From Octopus sinensis (taxonomy: Eukaryota), in the NCBI RefSeq assembly GCF_006345805.1, contig NC_043014.1:54932001-54996000 (forward strand): a stretch of 64,000 bases of DNA, written 5' to 3'. The position numbers and the translations under genes were made by a program. The notes under the pieces are model-generated. The model saw nothing but the letters and a program-made list of their open reading frames with translations. It was not told the DNA's origin and did not search any database. Of the stretch, positions 13,502-25,480 are shown one piece after another. Each line of letters begins with the position of its first letter. The stretch's first letter is position 1.

Positions 13502-13867
13502 TTCTTTTATTCTTGTACTTGTTTCCATCATTTGACTGCGGCCATGCTGGAGCACCGCCTTTAGTCGAGCAAATGTAGCCCAAGACTTTCTTTGTAAGCC
13601 TAGTACTTCTTCTATCGGTTCGTTTTGCCGAACCGCTAAGTTACATAAGCACCAACATCAGTTGTCAAGCGATGGTTGGGGTGGGGGACAGACATATATA
13701 TATACATCGAGCTTCTTTCAGTTTCCGTCTATCCAATCCACTCACAAGGCTTTGGTTGGCCCGAGGCTTATAGTAGAAGACACTTGCCAAGGTGCCACGC
13801 TGTAGGACTGAACCTGGAACCATGTGGTTGGGAAGCAAACTTCTACCACACAGCCACACCTGTGCCT
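13502..13867 (-). mobile_element. SINE family A
   Basis: Matches the family consensus. Confidence 0.85.
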
Positions 13868-13887
13868 TTTAACCTTGATTTGAGCCA

Positions 13888-14095
13888 GGATCTTTTCGCT
13901 TTGACCGGCAGATTTTTTAAATAATTTCTTTGTAACTAAATACTTTTAAACTTCGTATACTGGTAGAATGTGTTTATAAAACATCTTTTTCTCTTGGCTT
14001 TTTTGAGAAAATTCTGTAGTTTGTAAGCTATTTGTTCTTTAATTTCTTGCATTTTGGCAATTTCAACCAATCAATGACGTCTATTGAGGTGAATT
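13888..14095 (+). mobile_element. Partial copy of the GGATC-terminus (Merlin-like) MITE family
   Basis: Same terminus and internal sequence as the 45232 and 48359 copies. Confidence 0.65.
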
Positions 14096-14312
14096 CAATT
14101 TATCCGGATCGTTGTCAACAACAACAATTTGCGGTCAAATACCCGCTCACTTTGAACTTTCGAAGTTGAGTGGAATAAGATATCTCTTATCTGTAAAAAA
14201 GTTAAGAGTTAGGGACAGGAAGTATAATCGGCTGCAAACAATACTTCAATAACATTTTCGTCTGACCTATGGAAGCATCGATGAACGGAAGTAAAAACGA
14301 ATGAATACAATA

Positions 14313-14725
14313 ATTTGTCTTATGAAGAACGGCTGAAGACGCTCGGCCCTTATTCTCTAGAAAAACGCCGCCGCCGTGATGATCTCATTCTCGCTCACAA
14401 CATCATAAGCGGAAAGTGTAACCTCTCGAAAGAGCTATTCTTCACTCCTGCTCCAGAGCGTCGGCTGCGGGGGTCATTCCGAAAAGCTCTACCTGCGACG
14501 ATTTCATCTCAATCGAAGGAGAGGGGCTTTCTCCGTCCGGGTTGCGGATCCGTGGAATAAGCTGCCGGACGAGATAGTGAAGATGCCGACAACCGCTCGG
14601 TTCAAAGTCTCTCTTGACCACAAATGGCCTGAACTCTTTACATGAACACCACCCTGTACTTAACTCCATGTCCCCCTACATGGCCTTGTTTTTTGAGCCA
14701 AAAATTAACTAACTAACTAACTAAC
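14313..14725 (+). mobile_element. CR1-clade LINE 3' end, 5'-truncated, with (TAAC)n tail
   Basis: LSYEERLKTLGPYSLEKRRRRDDLI, then frameshifted WNKLPDEIV...FKVSLDHKW; tandem taac tail. Confidence 0.88.
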
Positions 14726-15229
14726 ATTCCTCAAAGTGGAGCGGATCTCGCTAGAAACAACGTTAGATTTAATGAAGCGACGGAACATTCCATGGTGTGG
14801 GGGAGAGGAGGAGGTTTCAGATTGGTTGGTGCTGGACCCACAACACTTCTTCCATTTGGGAGGGACTATCGTTTATGGAAACGGAAGTGGTTAACAGAAG
14901 AGGAAGAAGTCTTCAGAAATCCAGCAATGTTACCACTGATGGATAAACAGCAATAAAAAGAAAATTAAAGATTTTACAAATAAACAGGAAAAGATTTGTA
15001 TGTACATTAAATTTTATTTTATAATTAAAATCTAAAACAGATGAAAACGAAAAGAATTCTAAAATGATCATAATTGGTTAATATTCATCTTGAAAAAACA
15101 TTAAAAATGACAGTTCATTTTCTATCTCTTTTACTGTCAGTTAAATAGCTTTGAAGGTAAAAATAAAAATTGATTATCAGAAGGTAATTGTGTATGAGAA
15201 CATAATGAATATCAAAGAGAATTTTGGGA

Positions 15230-16115
15230 TTAATACAAAGCGATTTCAGTCGCTGACGTTTTCGCCATTTCTTTGGCGTGGTTGACAACATCGGGTAAGT
15301 TTGGCGATGTCGAATCCCTTGGCTGCACTTGGACGCTGTTCGACGTTCTTGAAGTCATTATTGTCGAAGTGACTGTCGTTGGAGTGGTGATACAGGTCGA
15401 CGGAAGAGCAGCCGCGGGCAAAGGCGACAAATGACCGGCATCGAACGTTGCTGTTATAAACGCTTCGTATTCAACGGTCCCCATTTTAAAATGCAGACGA
15501 TCGTGCGCTAACTTCATAATACGCCCTTGAAGAGTGCCATCGCTCAGGGTATCAATAATGGATTCTGGGATTATCGCATAGACCACAGCAGTTATATAGT
15601 CGATTGTCCATTGGCATAGATTTGCATAATCGATTAACTCGAGAATCAGGCCATTGGTGAAGTTTTCCACGCCAATGCGGTGAAGATTTTGCTCATTGAG
15701 ACTTTGTTTGCACAGACGACTCGAAAATGTGAAAATACCGGCAAAGCGGAATATTATAGAAGTTGGCGGCGGTTGAATCTTCTCGTAATCAAATGTGGAG
15801 TCTGTTTTGTCAAAGAATTCGTTCAAAAGCCGTAAATATTCCGGAGTCCCCACTGAAAGTTGAGACCTCTTTAATACCACGTCTAAAATACGATATTGAA
15901 TGTTGGCTGGTTTTATACAGACTTGAACCGAATCGGGTGCCAACTGACGAATTACTCCAACCAAATGCTCAAATGTCCATTTATTGATGTTAGAATAATC
16001 GTAAAGTTCCAATACCAGACCATTTACATACCAATGGGCTTCGATTCGTCGTAAATCTCCAGACTCCAGCTTTGCATTGCTGATGTCAGCCGATAGACAA
16101 TATAATCCAGGATAT
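15230..16115 (-). CDS. Orphan terminal coding exon: two tandem ~102-aa modules plus a Thr/Ser/Pro-rich tail; family unknown
   Basis: 294 uninterrupted codons; pyrimidine-rich acceptor tctttattctttcgttgtttctag ending at 16116; internal repeat with a 123-aa period (NGLVLELYDY/NGLILELIDY, GTPEY/GTVEY); no in-frame ATG near the 5' end. Confidence 0.75.
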
Positions 16116-16984
16116 CTAGAAACAACGAAAGAATAAAGATAGTATTAATTGACAGAAGTTAAAACATAATTATTTTATTTTTACAAATTTTATTTATTTC
16201 TCACAGCAACTGAACATTGTCTTTCGTTACAGGTTTCCAAAAGACCAACCGATTGTTTCAATGAATTTCCAACAATGAAAGTAACAAGGGCGGTACCGTA
16301 AATAATGTAGAACAAAAATAACAAAGGAATCTGTTCGCAAAGCCCAGGTTTTGCGAGGGCATTAGTGAAAGCTACACACAGACGATTCTACTGTTTCCAC
16401 CAACCAAATTTCACCCACAAAACATCGTCGATCGACCCCCAAGAATTCACTTTTCCCCTAAAATGCCGTCGAGTGCAATCAAATCGGAACTACAGTAAGT
16501 GCGAAGCTATTTAACAACAAAACCATAAAAATTCATCTCTTCTCACCACCACACCACCACCACTCTGCAACCACTTCATTTTTCCTCAGCGGACACTATT
16601 GATCGATCTATTGAAATACACTAATCGAAAATGGCAGATTGAGCTTGCCTGTTGTATATAATAATCCAGAAACCTGAAATACAAGAAGTTGGAATATAAA
16701 AAAAAAACAAAAAAAACTGATTCAACCGCAAAACTTTCATTTATTTGATAGAAACGGAAATGCTCCAATGTAACAGATTCACGGTCGTTGGTAAAAACAC
16801 TTCTAAACACGAACTAATGAGAAAGTATCCAGGTAGGTTTTAGTCTTCTGTTATAAATTCTGTTTACATCTAGTCTGTATTACAGGGTTATTAAATCGAC
16901 TCGAGTACTTCTTGCCTGGTAGTTTATTTTCCGTCCTCTGAAGAATGAAAATCAAAGTGACCTCGATTTGTTTCGACCCTTTGG

Positions 16985-17043
16985 AATTTCAGTTCTAAAG
17001 GGTGGTCGAAACAAACCCGAGCAACGCCGGGCGATACTGCTAG
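16985..17043 (+). mobile_element. Helitron-like 3' end fragment
   Basis: cccgagcaacgccggg hairpin followed by CTAG|T; same as the end of the 42300 element. Confidence 0.6.
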
Positions 17044-17549
17044 TTTATTGTTCAAAACGTTTTCAGTCAAACGTTTGTTCCATTTGACTCTTCGCATTTT
17101 TGATTTTCGTCTTTTTTTTTCCTTTTTTTTTTTTGAAGAAAGAGTTTAATTAAAGATGGATCTGCGCATGCGTACACACGTGTGTTGTTTTGACATTACA
17201 TTGTAGATGTAGTGTCCCTTGATCTTCTGTGAATCCATATGGCCATTCGGAAATATCCCGTATTGGAAACAAGGGAGGGTTGAGTACAGGAAGGACATCA
17301 GACCGTGAAAAACCTACCCCAACAAATCTCGAGTGTCCCACGCAAGCATGGAAAAAGTGGACGCTGAAGCGATGATAACGACCGTACGAATTCCTCTTCA
17401 ATCTTCGTCACGAATGAAGAATCGACATTGACGCTATCTCTGCTTCTAGTAAAACTATTGCATTAGAATAATCTATGTTAACATAATCTTCCGATGCAGA
17501 AGGTTACCTGGGTAATTCTAAGCAAATATAATAGAACGAATCATTCAAC

Positions 17550-17604
<55 letters not shown>

Positions 17605-18137
17605 TGACAGATGGACCGAAAACAAAAGAGAGAGAAAGAGAAAAATGTAGAAAAGATTTATATTATAATCCTTTTGTCTCCATTGTATCTCGCAGAAATG
17701 AATTCCTAGCTAGCGGCGATAGCTGTGACCTATTCGATGTTAAGCTATAAAATTTATCTTCACAACAGTAGTCAGCCATCTTTAAAACTTATATAAAAGT
17801 TTCAAATGAATTGAATAACTTGAATAGAAATTGAGGCGTTCCTCCATTCACTGCTTCTATCTACAATTGGTTTTCTTTTAGTCTGTCTTCGAAGATATTT
17901 CACGTAAGTCTTTACATTAATTTCGAGAAGCAGAAGCTTCAATATCAGTAACTTTGTTGTCACAAAAAAAAGTTGCATCTATGTGTGTACCAAACGGGCA
18001 AAAAAAAAAAAAAACAACAACAAAAAACAGGGGTAATTTTTGATATTTATTTTCTCATTAACTCAGGATGAAAACTATAATTGTTAGCCTCTCGCACAAT
18101 GAAATTTACAATCCCATTATCGAAATGTGCCCTAAAT

Positions 18138-18531
18138 TACTCTTACTTGTTTCAGTCATTTGACTGTGGCCATGCTGGAGCACCGCCTTTAGTCGAGCAA
18201 ATCGACCCCGGGACTTATTCTTTGTAAGCCCAGTACTTATTCTATCGGTCTCTTTTGCCGAACCGCTAAGTAACGGGGGACGTTAACACACCAGCATCGG
18301 TTGTCAAGCAATGCTAGGGGGACAAACACAGACACACAAACACACACACATACATACACATATATACGATAGGCTTCTTTCAGTTTCCGTCTACCAAATC
18401 CACTCACAAGGCATTGGTCGGCCCGGGGCTATAGCAGAAGACACTTGCCCAAGGTGCCACGCAGTGGGACTGAACCCGGAACCATGTGGTTGTTTAGCGA
18501 GCTACTTACCACACAGCCACTCCTGCGCCTA
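18138..18531 (-). mobile_element. SINE family A, near full length
   Basis: Matches the family consensus. Confidence 0.9.
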
Positions 18532-19814
18532 TTCACTTTCCTCTGCATTCAGAGTGAGCATAAAATCATTTACGATTCCCGCACTGTTGTTGTCAAACCA
18601 ATGTACAAATTGAGAAAAATCGGTTCCCTTTTCCCATCTAAAGCTAGATGAAACATTCTTCTGTGCTATCCAAACCATCATCATCATCTACCTCATCTGA
18701 CGAAGAAAAATCAGAAAAAAACTTTGCTGTACAAATCGTCCATTTGCAACTGGGTTTCTCCTGTCAATAAGGGTTTAGGGCGGTGAGCTAGCAGCATTGT
18801 CAGCACAACGGACAAAATGCTTAGTGACATTTCATCCGGCTTTATTAAGTTCTGGGCTAAAATTCCGCCGAGGTTGACTTTGTCTCTTATCTTTTCGCGG
18901 GTCGATAAAATAAGTACCAGCTGCATATCGGAGTCGATGTAATCGATTGCCAGGCGCCCCACCCCTCAAAAATTTCCGGAGTTTAGCCAATAATAGGTCA
19001 AAATATCTTCCACTGGCTTTGTCTCTCTGAAATCGTCCGGAATAAGAGATTCCTCGCTTGAAAGCACAGATAACGAACGACAGCAAAAACAAAATAATAC
19101 TCTCGATTACATATTCATCTAACCCATGCTACCATTGAAAACGAACGAAAAGTGAAATTGTTAATAGGAATATTAAAGTGGTTGATGAAGTTCGGATAAA
19201 AAGAAGAAAAGGTCTGCTCTTAGAATGCTTCCCTTGACTTTTGCAACCACGGATCATCGTGGCCAAAGCCATGCAATGTTCACCTGTCCCATCGCCATCA
19301 CTACTATTTCTGCTAAACCCTACACAGTGCCTTCTTAAAGCATAGACACACACTTGGGTTGTGTCTCCACAACCCCAGTGTGTCTATGCTATCGTTACGT
19401 AGGGGCTCCGGTGCATTGTTTGAGGTGGTGGTGGTGGGTTAGACGATATCGTAAAGAGGCTCCTAGTGCTGTATTAACTCTTGTTGTTGCCAATGAGTAA
19501 ATCGTATATATCATCATCATTTTAACGTCCACTTTTCCAAGCTTTCATGGGTCGGACGGAATTGATCGAGGCAGATTTTCTCGGACCGGACGCCCTTTTT
19601 GTCGTATATAATTCAATTTACAAGATAATCAAACTTTTGAAAAAATTTAGTCAGATATCTGTAAATTTATTGTTACATACGATGCCGGGACAGACGAATT
19701 ATAATCTCGTACTTATGATTAGATTTTGATGATGTTTTAGAATTAAAAAATAAGACTACATTAGAACGGGTTGTCTTAGAAGGGTTAGTATTAAAAAAAA
19801 AATCTATCGCTTCC

Positions 19815-20080
19815 TCAAATCCTTTTCAGACGTTCACTCTTATTAACTGACAGACGATCCAGCTTAACCAACTACAATGGCCTCTACAAAGGATATGGGC
19901 CCTGACGTTCTACTTCAGACTAATAAAAAGAAAATGTCATTGAAGTAGATGCTTTATCTCATCTTTTACCATTGAGATAACTATACAAACCCAGTCGTAT
20001 TTACCGACGAAGATAATGCCATCGAGAAATACATAAATCAGGATCACATTCGGAGAGGCGAAGCGACACCAGCATCGACA
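19815..20080 (+). mobile_element. Highly degenerate Gypsy-type pol (RNase H) remnant
   Basis: Broken reads RRSLLLTD, QRIWALT, KENVIEVDALS occur in the order of Gypsy RRFTLLTDH / QRWAL / NVVADALS. Confidence 0.45.
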
Positions 20081-21061
20081 GATGGGCGTCAATGGCTGAT
20101 GTCTATATTTAGTTCGTAACGCTCACACTCCATTCTAATTTGCTGGTGTCACAATGACTGCTGAAGCTGAAATTATTATTTTGGAAAGGAATTTCAAACA
20201 TAACAAGCTCAATGATTTATTTTTTAAATATGCTAATTATTCACGCCCACTCCTGGTGCAATTCTGTACATATCCTTATTGATTTTCTCAGCATTACTTC
20301 GGCAAATAAAATTAAGCGTATGCTTAACTAAGGCTTAAAGGCCTCCAATTGTCAACTTCGCCGAAATGATTAACTATAAACTCTTTTTATCCCCAACTTG
20401 TGTTTACTTATTAGATTTTTGATGATCATAAAACACTCAACTATTGTGGGTTTTTTTCTTCTTATATATATATATATATTATATATACACAGGCGGTTTC
20501 CACGAGTAATTGAACGGACCACACAAAAGATTCGAGAAATTTCGTTTTATTTTCCTTTTGCAAAAAGGCTGCAGTACTAATTATTGTTAGAACAATTTCC
20601 AACGAAAACCAAATCTGTGTAGAAATAGCTGCCAAACGCCCGTCAACTCATCACACTCTAATATCTTAAAAGCGAAGAGAAATATATTGAATAAATGTTT
20701 GTCTAGCTGTACAAAAAGACGACACATTGTATTGAAAGCCAGAAAGCTTTCATCACTGGTCTCTTCAATGAAGACTGAATTGGGGGGGGGGGGAGTTACG
20801 CAACAGATGAAATAAAAGGTTCTTCACCATTTCAAGAATTCGTATCGCCAAAAAATTTCCCCATTTAATTAATGCTTTACCCACTTCGCCAGACCTTCGG
20901 GGACATCGCTATTATCGATCCTGTTAGGGGGACGGAATGATTTCAATATTAATGCCGATGGATTGTATTTTGTCGCTGAACCAAAGAAACTCAACGGAAA
21001 CATGGGCGATGAGGGACGACTTAGGTGCAACAGGACTCGGCTGCTTCTCATTTTCAGTTGG

Positions 21062-21497
21062 TACTACTTGAGAACAGGGATCTTTTCCTTTTGATGGACG
21101 GAATTTTCTACTTAACTAAACAATTTGAAACTTCGTATACTGGTAGAATGTGTCAAAAGAAAACATTATTGTAAACAACGTTAAACTTAAAAATTACAAT
21201 TTTGTTTTCAATTTTGTTTACAATAATGTTTTCTTTTGACACATTCTACCAGTATACGAAGTTTCAAATTGTTTAATTAACTAGAAAATTCCGTCCATCA
21301 AAAGGAAAAGATCCGAGAACAGTAGTCTCGGTGCGCGCACTCGCGTACCCGCGCTAGCTAGTCATGACTAGTCGATCCTTACTTTGTGTTTATTTACTTT
21401 GCTAGGTAGTCGTTGTAGGGTCGACTAGTCATGACTAGCTAGCACGGATGCGCGAGTACGCGAGTGCGCGCACCGGGACCACTGTTCTCAAGTAGTA
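21062..21497. mobile_element. TA-flanked MITE (Tc1/mariner-like) with a second MITE inserted in its left TIR
   Basis: TIR ctacttgagaacag(tagtctcggtgcgcgcactcgcgtac) / gtacgcgagtgcgcgcaccgggaccactgttctcaagtag. Confidence 0.8.
21078..21314. mobile_element. 237-bp MITE with ~100-bp TIRs, GG termini and 8-bp TSD (Merlin-like)
   Basis: gagaacag duplicated at 21070-21077 and 21315-21322. Confidence 0.8.
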
Positions 21498-22270
21498 ACC
21501 TTTCAGTTTAACCCGAGTAACGTGAAATGATGCATCGCGCCGCCTCGCCCGCGACTTGAACTTGCGCCGTGACTGGCCAAACGGCTTAACCACTAAGCGA
21601 CGCGCGTGCGTGCATTGATTGCTAACGTAAAAAAACATCAAAATTATAAAAAAAAAAGAACAAGATTGACGTGCTATCCATCGAAGGTCATCAAATCCTT
21701 TCACATTGCAAAGGGTTTTAATAGCCGTCCTTTCTCCCACACCTTTGACGCTACCTGCCCACAAATTGAAACAAACAACTTCACTGCCCTATCACTTCCT
21801 GGTCATCAACACTACATCCTTTCACGCGAGCCCTCTTTCTCTCTCCCTCTCTGTCTCTCTCTTGCTGATCGTGACAACAACAACCTCGCCAATGGGGGCT
21901 ATCAGCTCGTCTCCCGGGTCGGGTGCAGAGCAGGTCACCTTGACCACTTGACCCTTTCAGACAATCCCTTCGCTCAGAGGGAGGTATGTCAACAACTCCT
22001 AACTAGCCAGCTGTGGTGTTGGTCTTCTTTACAATCAAGGAAAAGAATGCGAAAACATCTTCAGCGTGCGGCACACATACATATACACACATACACATAC
22101 ACACACACACGCACACAAGGTGGTCGGAGATAGTGCTAAATTCAAAATAGTATCAAACAATAAGTTCGACAAGTAAACAACATGAACTGAAGGGTGGACC
22201 CCGATGTGGTCACTCGACCTGCAAGAAAGTAGTAGCAAAAAAAAATCGCCCTCCAAATTAAACTTTGAAT

Positions 22271-22655
22271 AGGCGCAGGAGTGGCTGTGTGGTAAGTAGC
22301 TTGCTAACCAACCACATGGTTCCGGGTTCAGTCCCACTGCGTGACATCTTGGGCGAGTGTCTTCTGCTATAGCCCCGGGCCGACCAATGCCTTGTGAGTG
22401 GATTTGGTAGACGGAAACTGAAAGAAGCCTGTCATGTATGTTTGTGTTGTGTTTGTGTGTCTGTATTTGTCGTCCTAGCATTGCTTGACAACCGATGCTG
22501 GTGTGTTTACATCCCCGTTACTTAGCGGTTCGGCAAAAAGAGACCGATAGAATAAGTACTGGGCTTACAAAAAGAATAAGTCCCGGGGTCGATTTGCTCG
22601 ACTAAAGGCGGTGCTCCAGCATGGCCACAGTCACGTGACTGAAACAAGTAAAAAA
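22271..22655 (+). mobile_element. SINE family A
   Basis: Matches the family consensus. Confidence 0.9.
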
Positions 22656-24177
22656 AAAAATTTAATTAAATTAAAATTAAAGCACCAATCCAAAACGACA
22701 AAATACGCGGCAAGTCTCTTTTCTTACAACATCGGACCGACCAATGAATTTGGTTGAGGAAACTGTGCGGAAGCCTGCCGTGTGTGTATGTATGTGGCTA
22801 TGAGGGCCCTGTCGAGTAAAGAGACCGCTAGAATAATAAGTATCAGGCTTTAAAAAAAGAACTGGGATCGATTCATTCGACAAAAAAAATCCAAGGTGGT
22901 GCCCCAGCATGGCCGCAGTCTGAAAGAATATATTCATTTATTCATTTCAGTCATTTGACCGCGGCCATGCTGGAGCACCGCCTTTACGCGAGCAAATCGA
23001 GCCCAGGACTTATACTTTCTAAACCTAGTACTTATTCTATCGGTGTCTTATGCCGAACCGTTAAGTTACGGGGATATAAACACACTAGCATCGGTTGTCA
23101 AACTATGTTGGGGGACAAACACAACAGGCTTCCTTCAGTTTCTGTCTACCAAATCCACTCAAAGTTTTGATCGTCCCGAGGCTAAACGACACTTGCCCAA
23201 GGTGCCACGCAGTGGGACTGAACCCGAAACCATGTGGTTGGTAATGAGGATGCTTACCACAGTCACTCCTGTGCGTGTATGTATATACATATGTATATAT
23301 ATTCTTTTGTTTGATTCATTTGATTGCGGCCATACTGGAGTACCATCTTTAGTCGAACAAATTGACACCGTGATTTATTCTTTGTCAATCCAATACTTAT
23401 TTTATCAGTCTATTTTGCCGAACCGTTAGGTTACGGGCACGTAAACAAACCAGCATCGGTTGTCAAGTGATGGTGGGGAACAAAACACAGACATGCAAAT
23501 ACACACACACACAAACAAACAGGTGCGTCCGTCCGTCCGCGTGACTCCGCCGTTTGCCAACGGCGCTCTTTCCTTGACGTTCCAGTTATATCAGCTGTTC
23601 AGGAAAGGAGACAGAATACGTAGCAAGTCTTACAATCCCTAAGCACTTCGACTAAACCAGTGGTCCTCAACCGGGGTCCACACGGCCCTTGGGCGTGGGT
23701 GGGGGTCCACACAAGATTTTGTCATCAAAATTGCTTAAATTACTACAATACGGAAAGGGGGGGGGCTAAGCATCGGATGGCTAGGAGGGTCCAGTCGAGT
23801 AAAACAGAAATCAGGAGTCCACAGGCAGAGAATGGTTGACAATTGCTGGGCTTAAACTTTTCAAGGCGGTGCTCCAGCATGACCGTAGTCCAATGACTGA
23901 AGCAAGCACGTTGAACAGTCTGCATAGATTCAGATATACACTGTCTGCAATGCCTTTGATAATATCGATCAGAGCTAATCTAGAAGCTAAGGATTATTTC
24001 ATGAGAATTAATCAATCAAAATTAAACAAAAGGTGGATTAAATTAGAGAATTATCGATAAAAGGTCATCGATAAAAGGTCATCGATAAATCGATTTCCGG
24101 AATATATTCTAGAAATATATTTTAAGATTTTCCCCTTTAGATTTACACAATCCAAGTTTTATGACAGCCGTAGCCAT

Positions 24178-24555
24178 AGGCGCAGGAGTGGCTGTGTGGT
24201 AAGTAGCTTGCTTTCCAACTTCATGGTTCCGGGTTCATTCCCACTGTGTGGCACCTTGGGCAAGTGTCTTCTACTATAGCCTCGTACCGACCAAAGCCTT
24301 GTGTGTGGATTTGGTAGACGGAAACTGAAGGAAGCACGTTGTATACATGTATATATGTTTGTGTGTCTGTGTTTGTCCCCCTACCATCGCTTGACAACTA
24401 ATGGTGGTGTGTTTACGTCCCCGTAAACTAGCGGTTCGGCAAAAGAGACCGATAAAGTATTAGGCTTACAAAGTCCTGGGGTCGATTTGCTCGAAAGGCG
24501 GTGCTCCAGCATGGCCGCAGTCAAATGACTGAAACAAGTAAAGGAGTAAAAGAAG
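24178..24555 (+). mobile_element. SINE family A
   Basis: Matches the family consensus. Confidence 0.88.
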
Positions 24556-25089
24556 AGAGTATGTGGTTAGGATGTTTGCTGTGAAAGCACAGCATCTCAG
24601 GTTCTGTTCCACAGCATGGCACCTCCCTCGTGAATGAATTTGGCAGATGGAAACTGCCTGGAAGCCCTTTATATGTATGTGCCTTGGTGTTTGTATTTGT
24701 CTTCCCACCACTCGACAACTAGTGTTGGTTTGTTTACGTTCCCATAGCTTAGCTGTCCGACAAAAGAGGCTGATGGAATGGTTTCGATTTGTTTGATGAA
24801 AACCCTTCAATCTTGTGCCCCAGCATGGCCGCAGTCCAGAGACTGAAAGGAGGTAAAATATCATTCCAACCGTGCCCATCACCTCGTGTTTCAAGAGGAT
24901 ATCTACGTCCCGGACTACGTTGGCTAATGTGGTCTTTCGTACTGATGTTGATGGGATGGGATTTGAGAGATGGCATTCTTTCGATATAACTCGACAAAAT
25001 CAAAACATTTCACTTCGGGTATTTCCGTGGAAGCAAATGACAGTTCGATTCTGTTTTCTGCTTGGAAATTTGCGGATTTTACATATACA

Positions 25090-25480
25090 CAGGAGTGGCT
25101 GTGTGGTAAGTAGCTTGTTTACCAGCCACATGGTTCTGGGTTCAGTCCCACTGCGTGGCACCTTGGGCAAGTGTCTTCTGCTATAGCCTCGGGCCGACCA
25201 AAGCCTTGTGAGTGGATTTGGTAGACGGAAACTTAAAGAAACCTGTCGTATATATGTATATATGTGTGTTTGTGTGTCTGTGTTTGTCCCCCTAGCATTG
25301 CTTGACAACCGATGCTGGTGTGTTTATGTCCCCGTCACTTAGCGGTTCGGCAAAAAGAGACCGATAGAATAAGTATTGGGCTTACAAAGAATAAGTCCCG
25401 GGGTCGAGTTGCTCGATTAAATCGGTGCTCCAGCATGGCCGCAGTCAAATGACTGAAACAAGTAAAAGAGAAAAGAGAGA
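25090..25480 (+). mobile_element. SINE family A
   Basis: Matches the family consensus. Confidence 0.9.

Noticed and set aside
16205-16330. Upstream exon for the orphan ORF using donors at 16204 or 16229
   Set aside because: The compatible frames contain no ATG or good acceptor and do not look protein-like.
21606-22133. 175-aa plus-strand ORF
   Set aside because: Non-ATG start, low-complexity and microsatellite content; no recognisable domain.
22271-22345. tRNA gene candidates at SINE heads
   Set aside because: A/B boxes are present but continue into SINE body; no complete cloverleaf.
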